From: Heteronotia binoei
Taxonomy: Eukaryota
Length of the DNA stretch: 64,000 nucleotides
Direction: 5' to 3'
Assembly (NCBI RefSeq): GCF_032191835.1
Contig: NC_083230.1
Coordinates: 72,354,001-72,418,000, forward strand
In this document: piece after piece, positions 12,020 to 22,540 of the stretch
Position numbering within the stretch: the stretch's first letter is position 1
Layout: each line of letters opens with the position of its first letter
Notes under the pieces: generated by a model
Told to the model about the DNA's origin: nothing
The model's database searches: none
What the model saw: only the letters and a program-made list of their open reading frames with translations
Translations under genes and position numbers: made by a program

Positions 12020-14999
12020 TTAGTCTGGTCCTAATTCAAATGCGAGTTGGAAAAGAGAGGTTTTGCAAGCCCTGCGGAACTGGTTCAGGTCCCGCAGGGC
12101 TCGCACCCCCTCTGGGAGTTGATTCCACCAGCGCGGGGCCACTAATGAGAAGGCTTGCTCCCGAGTTATCTTCATTCTAGCCTCTCTTGGCCCAGGGATT
12201 TGTAGGAGGTTTTGGGAGCTAGATCTTAACGCTCTCCTGGGGATATATGGGGAGAGGCGGTCCCTGAGGTAGGCAGGTCCTCGGCCATATAGGGCTTTAA
12301 AGGTAATAACCAGCACCTTATACCGAACGCGGTAGACGACCGGTAGCCAATGCAGATCCCGCAGCACCGGCCGCACATGTTCCCACCTAGGTAGTCCCAT
12401 CAACAGCCTGGCCGCTGCGTTCTGCACTACCTGAAGTCTTCGCGTTCGGCACAAGGGCAGCCCCATGTAGAGGGCATTGCAGTAGTCTAGTCTTGAGGTG
12501 ACCGTTGCGTGGATCACAGTTGCTAGGTCGTCGCGTTCCAGGAAGGGAGCCAACTGCCTCGCCCTCTTGAGATAGAAGAAGGCGGATCTTGTGGTGGTAG
12601 CTATCTGGGCCTCCATTGATAGCGAGGATTCCAGTAGCACCCCCAGGCTCTTGACCCTGCGCACTGGTGTCAGTGGCGCACCGTCAAAAGCTGGCAGAGT
12701 AATCTCCCCCCCCCGGTCCGTCCCGACCCACGCAAAGGACCTCAGTCTTCGTTGGATTCAACTTCAGCCCGCTCAGCCTGAGCCAGTCAGCCACGGCCTG
12801 TAACGCCCGGTCCAAATTTGTAGGGACATCACCAGTCCGGCCTTCCATCAATAGATAGAGCTGGGTATCATCAGCGTACTGATGACAACCAAGCCCATAC
12901 CTCCGGGCAAGCTGGGCAAGGGGGCGCATAAAGATGTTAAACAATGTCGGGGAGAGAACTGCCCCCTGAGGCACCCCACAATGAAGCGGGTGTCTCTGAG
13001 ACAGCTTCCCCCCAATTGCCACCCTTTGTCCCCGATTTTCAAGGAAGGAGGAGAGCCATTGTAAGGCTAGCCCCCGAATTCCTGCGTCGGCGAGGCGGCG
13101 GGTCAGCAGCCGGTGGTCGACCATGTCGAACGCCGCCGACAGGTCGAGCAGCAGCAATACCGCCGAGCCGCCCCGATCCAGTTGCCGCCGGAGGTCATCT
13201 ATGAGGGCGACCAAGACTGTTTCCGTCCCATGGCCCGGGCGAAAGCCAGACTGGCATGGGTCCAAGGTGGAAGCGTCTTCCAGAAAATCCTGTAACTGCA
13301 ACGCCACAGCCCTCTCTATAATTTTGCCCAAAAAGGGCAAATTTGAGACCGGCCGATAATGTGCCAATACGGCCGGGTCTGATGTAGCTTTTTTCAAGAG
13401 AGGGCGGACCACTGCCTCTTTCAGAGATGTTGGGAAAACACCCTCCGAAAGAGATCGATTTATAATGTCCCGTATAGGACATTTCAATTCCTCCTGGCAG
13501 GCCTTAATTAACCAGGAGGGACATGGGTCCAGATCACAAGTTGTGGATCGTGCAGTGCCAAGAATTCTGTCAACTTCCTCCAAGCTGAGCGGGTCGAAGC
13601 AGTCCAAGGTTACATCCGAAGACACGCATTGGGCCTCAAGTTCACTTACTGCGTCTAAATTGGCGGGGCAGTCGTGGCGGAGCGATTGGACCTTATCTGC
13701 AAAAAACTTCGCAAAAGCCTCGCAGCCTATCTCCAATTCCTTAGCTTTTGGGTTGCCCTGTGGCAGTGAAGTAAGGTTCCGAATTATTCTAAACAATTGA
13801 GCTGGGCGCGAATTTGCAGATGCAATCTTGGTCGCAAAGTATGTTTTCTTTGTGGCCTTGATTGCCATCTCATAGGTCTTCATAAACTTCCTATAAGATG
13901 TTCTAGTCGCTTCGTCGCGGGTACGCCGCCATTGCCTCTCTAGCCGTCTAAGGCCTTGCTTCAGCCGGCGCAGTTCCGGGGTATACCACGGAGCCGGCTT
14001 AGTCCGAGGCCGCAGAGGACGCCGAGGTGCAATCTCCTCGATGGCTCTGGAGAGCCGATTATTCCAGGACTCAACCAGGCCATCGAGAGAGGTGCCAGAG
14101 GGCCAGGGATCCCGCAGAGCCATTTGGAACCGTTCCGGGTCCATCTGGCTCCGCGGGCGAGCCATAATAGGCTCCTCGCCTAAACAGGTTTGGGGAGGCA
14201 AGTCTACACGGGCCTTGAGGGCAAAGTGATCCGACCATGGCACCGCCTTGGCGGTTATATCGCTCACAACAACCCCGGCCGCAAAGATCAGGTCTAACAT
14301 GTGACCAGCCTGGTGAGTGGGGGTTACAACAAGTTGAGAGAGTCCCAGTGTCGCCATGGAAGACACTAGGTCCATCGCCTGACTGGAGGACGGGTCATCA
14401 GCATGGACGTTGAAGTCACCCAGGATTATCAACCTTGGGTGCTCCAACGCCCAGCCCGTCGCCGCCTCCAGTAGGGATGGTAAGGCGCTGGCTGGTGCGT
14501 TAGGCGTACGGTACACCAGCCAGACCGCCAACCCCTCTCCAGCCTCCCACGCCAGGCCGGCACACTCAATACCTTCAATCTTTGGGGCCGGGAGTGCCCT
14601 GAAGGAGTAAGCCTCCCGTACAAACAATGCCACCCCTCCCCCCCGCCCACTAGTCCGTGATTGATGTAGGACTGAGTAACCTGGAGGAGTTGTTTGCGCG
14701 AGGGCCACTGTCTCACCCTCCCGGGTCCAGGTTTCAGTCACGCAAGCCAGGTCCATATTTTGTTCGAGAAGAAATTCTCGAAGAATTGAGGTCTTATTAT
14801 TAATGGACCTGGCGTTGCACAACACCAATGACGGAGGTGGGTTATTCCGTCTGGCCCTGCTACCTGTCTCCCTTGGGATGGGACGCAGACTGGAAGAGGA
14901 CCGAGCACTGTCTTGTCTCTGTCCTCTTCCCTTATAATATCTGCTCCCACCGCTGTATCTCCCCCTCCCCAGGAGCACTGGGATCCCTGAGCCTGCCAT
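12020..14999 (-). CDS. L2 ORF2 (APE endonuclease + RT), intact except for one frameshift in a G/C homopolymer near 12706-12714
   Basis: 771-aa ORF with LCNARS, ACVTETW, VYRTP, GDFN and SDH endonuclease motifs plus DLSAAFD, GVPQG and YADD, continued by a 214-aa ORF (SRLDYCN...FRRACKTSLF). Confidence 0.9.
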
Positions 15000-16379
15000 C
15001 TCTCGCTGGTGGCAACTGCTAAGTTCACCACTATCAGATTGGAATCAAGGATATTCCACTAGCTCGACCCACTAGGTCCTGATAATCTAATTGACCCACA
15101 AATTTGAGAATCTTCCCTCCCTCAGTTTCTTATATATATTTGGTAAATTGACTCCTGTAGCAAATTAATTTAATCCCTCCCACTATTTTAAATTAACCAG
15201 CTAAAATTCATACAATTCAGTCCAGCTAAGAAATTCATACAATTCAATCCAAATATACAATAAATTACTCTAATGTGTCAATTAATAACAATCCAATTTA
15301 TCAGTAGGTTACGAGGTGCAGTTGTAAAGTGCAGTGCAAAATCCTCTCATAAAGATAGTGAGGTAGCAACAGAGTACTGTGGGTATTGCTGCAAAGATGT
15401 TTAGCAGTCAATGTAGGTTAAAGTGCAATGGCAGGCCAATGTGGGTTAAAGTGCAATGCAACGCCAGAGTTCCAGTCTAAAACTTTAGCAGCAGAGTTGT
15501 TATATAGATGTTCTTTAGATGTTCTATAGATGTCCTGTGTGGTTTTGTTGGTCGTAGGCTCTGAATACCAGATCTTGTGGTAAGGGGACTACCCGATGTT
15601 TCCTGCATAGGCTGGTGGGTCCGCAGTGAGTAAAAACCCCCCACGTACTCCCCTCGCCACGCAATGGGGTCCCCTCCCGCTTTGTCTATAGGGGCGACCA
15701 GTTCGTAGTTGGCCCCATTCAGCCTATACATCCCGTCGCAGACCACCCAGTTCACCTGCGTCAGTTGACCGCGTCGCTGATTCCACCCTCGGCTCCAGTC
15801 TCAGCCCTCTTCCAACGCAAACCAGCAGCTCCGGCCTCCGTCGACTGCCGGACCGCGGCGTCAATTCCACGCTCGGCCCGGGCGTTCGTATCACTGTCCC
15901 GGTCGGTCGGGCCGTAGTCCACTCCGCCGCCGCCGCAATTTCCAGCTGGCAGGCACCGCCCCCAGTCCAACTCAGTTGTTCGGCGTTCGATGTTGGGGCG
16001 TTCGGCGTTGGGGCGTGCCTCGCGGCCGCCGGGCACAGCGTCAGCCTCGGCGTCAGTGCCAATTCCACCTCCAGTCCATCGCCCGGACCGCCGCCGCAGT
16101 TGGTTTATCAAACACCGCACGCTGCCTCGACTATGGTCACGGTCGGGCTGGAGCCGGAGCAGATCTCACCCCGGCTAGACTCGGCGTTTCAGCGTTTCAG
16201 ACTCAGCGTTTCAAGCCGGCGTTAGAGGCGTTCCCTTGGCACCCCGACTCTCCCAGGTAGTCCGTTGACTCACCCCCTACCAGGGATTGATATCAGTCTG
16301 TCTGGTTCTCTCAGGAAGTGGTGAAAATATAAGAAAAGGACCCTATTATCAGGAGCTCTAGCACCTGAGCTCCTGCCTA

Positions 16380-16400
16380 GGTCGCCATCTTGAAACCGAC
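16380..16400 (-). promoter_or_regulatory. YY1-like motif (CAAGATGGCG) at the L2 5' end; putative internal promoter
   Basis: The plus strand reads GTCGCCATCTTGAAAC. YY1 sites are known at LINE 5' ends (L1); function here is inferred. Confidence 0.5.
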
Positions 16401-16441
16401 ATAAGCCAATCTTACAATGTTCTAAGGAACATCCTGACAAC

Positions 16442-16505
16442 CTGGGTGGCTCGCCCTATCCGGACAGGGAAGGGTCAGGGAGTTTGGCCTATCTGGGAGT
16501 TTTAG
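16442..16505 (+). repeat. Captured copy of the Ngaro 3' end (matches 17338-17401)
   Basis: 64 of 64 bases identical by direct comparison. Confidence 0.95.
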
Positions 16506-17092
16506 CTGCTGTGGCGCGGCGTGAGAGGCGGAGGATTCTGATCGCTGGCCACAGCATGGTGTTTTGGGCAGCCCACCAGGCCCGGTGTTCACCAATTGGA
16601 TCGCAATTGGGGCTCAGTGAGTGGGCTGTGGTTGAGTGTCAGGGGCATCAGGGCCTTCAGTGGTCCGGGCTCCTGCCTCTCCTTTTCCAAGGGAGGAATG
16701 GTCCTCTGCCTCATGTTTTGGTTATCCACCTTGGTGGTAATGATCTTGGCTTGCTGAAGGGGAAGGCCCTTTCACTGCAGGCGATTGAAGACCTCAGAGT
16801 GATACAGAGCAGGTGGCCCGAGGTGCTGATTTTGTGGTCCACCATCCTTCCCCGCAGGGTTTGGAGGGCTGCCTGGGACCCTGCAGGGATCGAAAGGGCT
16901 TGGCACAAGGCGATTAAGAAGGCACTGTGTGGAGGCTTAGGTGTTTACCTGCCTCATCCTGCTATAAGGTTGGAGTCGGCGGACCTATATTGGCAGGGCG
17001 GCATCCACCTGTCCGTAAAAGGTAACAGGGCATTTTTGCTTGAACTATGGCTGGGGCTTCGGTTGGCCCAACCGGTGGGCCCAACTGCCTAA
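16506..17092 (+). CDS. SGNH/GDSL-family esterase-like ORF of the YR retrotransposon
   Basis: ILIAGHSMVFWA (block I Ser), VIHLGGNDL (block III), WSTILPR, and LYWQGGIHLS (block V, with the usual Asp apparently replaced by Gly). The frame is open for about 195 codons and has no ATG upstream of the catalytic Ser. Confidence 0.82.
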
Positions 17093-20000
17093 GTGGAGGC
17101 TTGGCATTGTGGTGGCAGGGGTTTGATTTGGGCTATGTAGTTAACCGGTGAGCACCCGTTTCAGGGAAAGTAGTGGGCTGGGACAGCAGCTGGGCTGTAT
17201 GGCTCTGTGCGGTGATGCCCGCTATAGGGTTCCCTCCTCTGGCTGGCCACTCCTGAGTGGGCGGCATTGCCACTTGGGGGTATTCCCGGCCTTTGCCGGC
17301 CTAGCAGTAGCCAGTACAAACTGGCTACTGCCGGGGGCTGGGTGGCTCGCCCTATCCGGACAGGGAAGGGTCAGGGAGTTTGGCCTATCTGGGAGTTTTA
17401 GGTTGCCCCATGCCATGTTTTGTTCAATAAAGTTGCCCTGTTTATTTACCCAATACAACGTGTTGTCTCATTCTTCCAACTGGGGGGGGCAAAGGGCAGA
17501 GGCATAGCAATATATGTGAAGGAGGTATATACTTGTGAGGAAATATGTGAATCTGAGCATGGCAGCTCAGTTGAGAGTCTCTGGGTAAAAATAAAAGGAG
17601 TAAGAAATAATAGTGATATTATTGTGGGGGTCTGCTATAGACCACCAAGCCAGGCAGAGGACTTGGATGAGATACTCCTATAACAGTTTGCAAAGGTCTC
17701 CAAAAGAAGGGATACAGTGATCATGGGAGATTTCAATTACCCAGACATCTGTTGGAAGTCCAACTCTGCTGAAAATGAAAAGTCAAATAGATTCCTGACT
17801 TGTCTAGCTGACAACTTCCTTTTCCAGAAAGTGAAGAAGGAAACAAGGGGATCTGCTATCTTGGGTTTGATTCTCACTAACAAGGAAGAATTGATTGAAG
17901 ACGTGGAAATAGTGGCACCCAGGGCAGTAGTGACCATGTGATTTTGGAATTTACAGTCTTAGGGAAGGGGAAAGCTATACGTAGTCAGACTTATAGATTG
18001 GACTTCAGAAAGGCAAACGTTGATAAACTTAGAACTATGCTGGGTAATACCCCATGGTCATAAATACTTAGGAGGAAGGGGGTTCAGGAGCGGTGGGAGT
18101 TTCTTAAAAGCAAAATACTGAAAGTGCAATCATAGATGATTCCTATGAGAAGAAAAAATGAAAAAAAGTCTAAAGAAGCCAAAGTGGCTTCATAAACAGC
18201 TCTCTAAAGACTTGAGAAATAAAAAAAATAGTCTTTTAGGAATTGGAAGGAGAGCCTTATAACCAAGGATGAATATAAACAAATCACCAGTGCTTGTAGA
18301 TAAAAAGTTTGGAAAGCTAAAGCTCAGTATGAGTTTAGGCTGGCAAAAGATGCTAAAAACAAAAAAAGGGTTCTTTTCTTACGTTCAGAGTAAAAAAAAG
18401 ACCAAGGACTTGGTAGACCCATTGTGAGGGCAAGAAAGTGAAATTTTAACAGGTAATGAAGAGAGAGCAGAACTGCTCAATTCCTACTTTTCCTCAGTTT
18501 TCTCTTCTGAGGGAAACGATGCTCAACATGGCAAAAACAGAACATATAAGAAGGGTATGAAGTTCCAACCTAGGATCAGCATAGGGGTAGTACATAAACA
18601 CCTAGTTTCTTTAAATGAAACTAAATCCTCAGGGCCAAATAAATTGCATCCAAGGGTTCTAAAAGAGCTTGCAGATGTAATTTCTGAACCTCTGGCTATT
18701 ATTTTTGAGAATTCTTAGAGAACAGGAGAGGTGCCGGAAGATGGGAGGCGGGCAAATGTTGTCCCCATCTTCAAGAAGAGGAAAAAAGATGATCTGGGTA
18801 ACTACCAACCCGTCAGCTTGATGTCTATATCTGGAAAAGTTTTAGAACAAATCATCAAATAGTCAGTCCTGGAACATTTAGAAAGAATGGCTGTGATTAC
18901 TAAACCAGCATGGGTTTCTCAAGAACAAGTCATGTCAGACTAACCTGATCTCTTTTTTTGAGAAAGTGACTACCTTGCTGGATCAGAGGAATGCTGTAAA
19001 CATAGTTTATCTTGATTTCAGTAAGGCTTTTGATAAGGTTCCACATACTATCCTTGTTGACAAGTTGGTAAAATGTGGTATCCTGTTACCATTGGGTGGA
19101 TCTGTAACTGGCTGACAGATCGCACCCAAAGAGTGCTTGTGAATGGTTCCTCATCCTCATGGAGAGGAGTGACAAGTGGAGTGCCTCAGGGATCTGTCCT
19201 GGGACCTGTTTTGTCCAACATCTTTAAAAAATGATTTGGATGAACGAATAGAGGGAATGCTTATTAAATTTGCCGATGATACTAAATTGGGAAGGGTTGC
19301 AAATACAATAGAAGACAGAAACAGGATACAGGATGACCTTGGCAGGCTGGAAAACTGGGCTAAAATCAATAAAATGAATTTTAAGAGAGATAAATGTAAA
19401 GTTCTGCATTTAGGTAGGAAAATTCCAATGCATGGTTATTGGATGGGGGAGACTTGTCTTAGCAGTAGTATGTGTGAAAAGGATCTAGGGGTCTTAGTGG
19501 ACCATACACTGAACATGAGTCAACAGTGTGATGCAGTGGCTAAAAAGGCAAATGCAATTTTGGGTTGTATCAACAGAAGTATAGTGTCCAGATCACGTGA
19601 TGCAATGGTATCACTTTACTCTGCTTTGGTAAGACCTCACCTAGAGTATTGAGTTTTGGGCACCACATTTTAAGAAGGCTCTAGACAAGCTGCAACGGGT
19701 CCAGAGGTGGGCGACGAAGATGGTGATGGGTCTGGAACCAAGTCCTATGAGAAAAGGTTGAAGGAGCTTGGGATGTTTGGCCTGGAGAGGAGGTGGTTGA
19801 GAGGTGATATGATCACCATCTTCAAGTACTTGAAGGGCTGTCATAGAGAGGATGGTGTGGAATTGTTTTCTGTGGCCCCAGAAGGTGGAACCAGAACCAA
19901 TGGGTTGATATTAAATCAAGAGTTTCTGGCTCAACATTAGGAAGAACTTCCTGACAGTTAGAGCAATTCCTCAGTGGAACAGGTTTCCTTGGGAGGTGGT

Positions 20001-21039
20001 GGACTCTCCTTCCTTGGAGGTTTTTAAAAAGAGACTAGATGGCCATCTGACAGCAATGAAGATCCTGTGAATTTAGGGGGAAGTGTTTGTGAGTTTCCTG
20101 CATTGTGCAGGGGATTGGACTAGATGACCCTGCAGGTCCCTTCCAATTCTATGATTCTATGATCATGTTAATGAAGAAGATATTGATTTCTAAATAAAAG
20201 GTATTTAAAGGTAGATTACAGAATCTTTTTTGTCTCACTCTTATTCCTTTTTATTAAGTACTGGGACAAAAAGTTGGCTGTGAAAGTTACGAAAGAGGAG
20301 TTGAATTTGACTGGAACTTTTAATGTAATTTGTATAGCATTTTTGTTGTCAGGGTCTTTGGCAGGTGCAACATTCAAGTGTCTGTAGCAAATGGGACACC
20401 ACCAGCCTCGTAACCTGTTGAGATTCCATGTTCTGCACAACTAGTAGAGGACTCTGGCAGGACATTTGGCCATCTGTGGTTGAAACTGCCACTAATAGCA
20501 CAAAACAGACATCTGCCAAAGCCCCAGTTTGGATCAAGGCATATAGGGAGACCAGAAGGGATCTAAACCTTCACCTAGAGCCAAAGTGCTCCCACACCTT
20601 ATTGAAAATTTGGAACAGGCACAAAGCAGTGCCTCAGTCATATAGGCTGGGAACTAAATTATTTTCTTAATAGTGGATATGTGCCTTTATTGGCCATCTG
20701 CCAGGCCAAGGTTGTATTTCCAGCCTGACAATGTAGCGATGGGGAAAGCTGACCTTGTTGAAGCTCTGCTTGACATATAACTCCAAAAAATGTACAGCTC
20801 TGTAAGGGGATGAAAGGCAACCTTGTTTGTTTACAATTGTCATTTCCTGTCTGAAAACTGTGGCTACTGCATGTTCTCAGATTGTCTCAGCAGTTATCTC
20901 TCATCCCAAGGAAAGAGGGTTCACCTGGATCTGCTATATAGCAACAGTCAATAAAACTTTTACCAAAAAAAGGAATTCAAAGTGTATGTGTATTATGTAT
21001 TTATTTCATCTATACCTTGTATTTCTCTCCAATGGGGAC

Positions 21040-22540
21040 CAAAAATGGCTTACATTGCTCTCCTCTTTTCTATTTTGTCATCGCAACAACTCAGTGAGAT
21101 AAGTTGGGCTGAGAGTGTGACTGGCCCAAGGTTGTAAGTCAAAATGCCCTCAAAACAAGGTTGGGGAATTGACAGGTGGGCACCTGGCTTAAAAAGGATC
21201 TTTGAATCTATGTATACAGGATACACATCCAGAAATTATTGCTTAAATTCACCAGGGACATTAATAACAATTAAAATTTATTATAGAAAAATATAGAACA
21301 CACATTCAAGACAATAAACTCATAAAACATACATATAGTCCTAAGAAAAAGAGAGAGAGAGATGCAGAGGTAACACAAGGATGGACAAACAGGGTGATAA
21401 TTACCAATCGTAGTCTTCAAGGAAGGCTCCAATGGCGATGAACGAGGACTAGGGGGAGGGGACCCTCAACTGGCCAAGAATCAGGGATGTATCTAGACAG
21501 CAGAACTGGGGTACTGCTAGATGCACACCTGTGTGGAGCTGGGCCACAGCTTATAAGGACTACCTTGAGCCCTTAGGGGATGACAGTGGTCAGCTGGAAC
21601 ATGACCTCAGAAAAAGGGGAGGCTCTGCAATGACCATAAGGGCTGGACTTATGCAGTAGCCAATAGCCAGTTAATTGGCGGTCCCTGATTGGATGCTCAT
21701 AGCTAGCCAATAAGCAGACTTGGCCTTAGTTACCTGATTGGACTTCCAGGTAACAATGGGCCAAGGTGGAGGCTCCAGGATGCCCATTAAGGGAAAGAAT
21801 GGGAAAAATTGTTAAGGTGGGGGGTACTTAAATCTATCAAACTTATCTAAAAAGGTGACAATAGATGGCCAGATTGCTACCTAGGTAACACCCGGTTTAT
21901 ACAAAGAAACTTGGCTCTGGGTGAAGATGTTCTTCCTCCTCTTCGATCTTCTATTGGCACCAGTCTTTGTCTTGAGTTCCTTTGGACAAAGGCTTAGGCA
22001 GTCTGGCAGGATCCACGTCTAAGATAAGCTTGATGGCTTTATGCTTAGTGACATCAGTCTGAGTATGTGAGCCTCCCACTTTGCTGTTATGGAGTCTGGC
22101 ACAGCAGGAAGATAGCTGCTGGTGGTGTTAGCCTTCCAAGATGGATTCTATGGTTGAGGCTGGAAACCGCTTGCCTGGACAGTTCCTGGCAGCGTACCTT
22201 CTTCCGCTGCTATGGCCGGGATGGGGATCGCACGGAGCGACTGGAAACCATCTGTTCTCCTGGTTAGCACTCCTCTAGAGACACAGAGTGCTGCTGCAAC
22301 GTTGTGGTTGTTAGTACTCATAAGTCCCTTCCAGTCTGGTAGACAAAATCCACATTCTCCTGGTAGATGTGTGTGAGTTGAGTCTCCAGGCACCCTGGCA
22401 ACTAAGTGGGTGACTACAATATTCTGGAATTAGGGATATTTTTCTCACAAGGTTACCCACTGAGCTTCCAGGTATGAGTAGGGATCAGAGCCTGGGTGTT
22501 CCAGATACTAGTCCAGCACTCTTAACCACTACACTGCTAT
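21040..22540 (-). mobile_element. tRNA-derived Squam3-like SINE split by a solo LTR
   Basis: ...GTGTGACTGGCCCAAGGT | TACCCACTGAGCTTCC...CTAGTCCAGCACTCTTAACCACTACAC is the reverse complement of the SINE body and tRNA head. Confidence 0.7.
21133..22449 (-). mobile_element. Solo LTR, about 1.3 kb
   Basis: TGT...ACA termini; exact 4-bp TSD AGGT (21129-21132, 22450-22453); AATAAA on the minus strand near 21276. Confidence 0.8.

Larger units (their letters stand above)
11764..16400 (-). mobile_element. Full-length L2-clade LINE, about 4.6 kb, young
   Basis: (TTAT)n tail at about 11764-11790, 3' UTR, EN+RT ORF2, GC-rich 5' region, and 5' terminus GTCGGTTTCAAGATGGCGACC. Confidence 0.92.
7021..17487 (+). 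mobile_element. Ngaro-like (DIRS order) tyrosine-recombinase retrotransposon carrying an SGNH esterase ORF; disrupted copy
   Basis: Domain order is gag / Cys-His fingers / RT / RNase H / YR / SGNH. No adenine-methyltransferase domain was seen. The CR1 flanks rejoin without a TSD. AATAAA at 17426-17431. Confidence 0.88.
6900..20163 (+). mobile_element. CR1 LINE ORF2 pseudogene (EN N-terminus 6900-7020, remainder 17488-20163) interrupted by the Ngaro-like element
   Basis: The left part reads ...WDDTHNWNIRIQG*NLFKRDRQ and the right part resumes AKGRGIAIYVKE...VGVCYRPP...MGDFNYPDI, then [10 protein letters not shown] and KFADDTKLG, ending in an (ATTCTATG)n tail at 20146-20163. Many stops and frameshifts. 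Confidence 0.9.

Noticed and set aside
12591-14831. Many plus-strand ORFs overlapping the L2 (and equivalents at 2363-3763)
   Set aside because: Antisense or off-frame shadows of a GC-rich ORF2.
16401-16441. 41-bp filler between the L2 5' end and the captured Ngaro piece, resembling CR1 3' text (GGAACATCCTGACA)
   Set aside because: The similarity is too short to assign an origin by eye; noted only as part of the complex junction.
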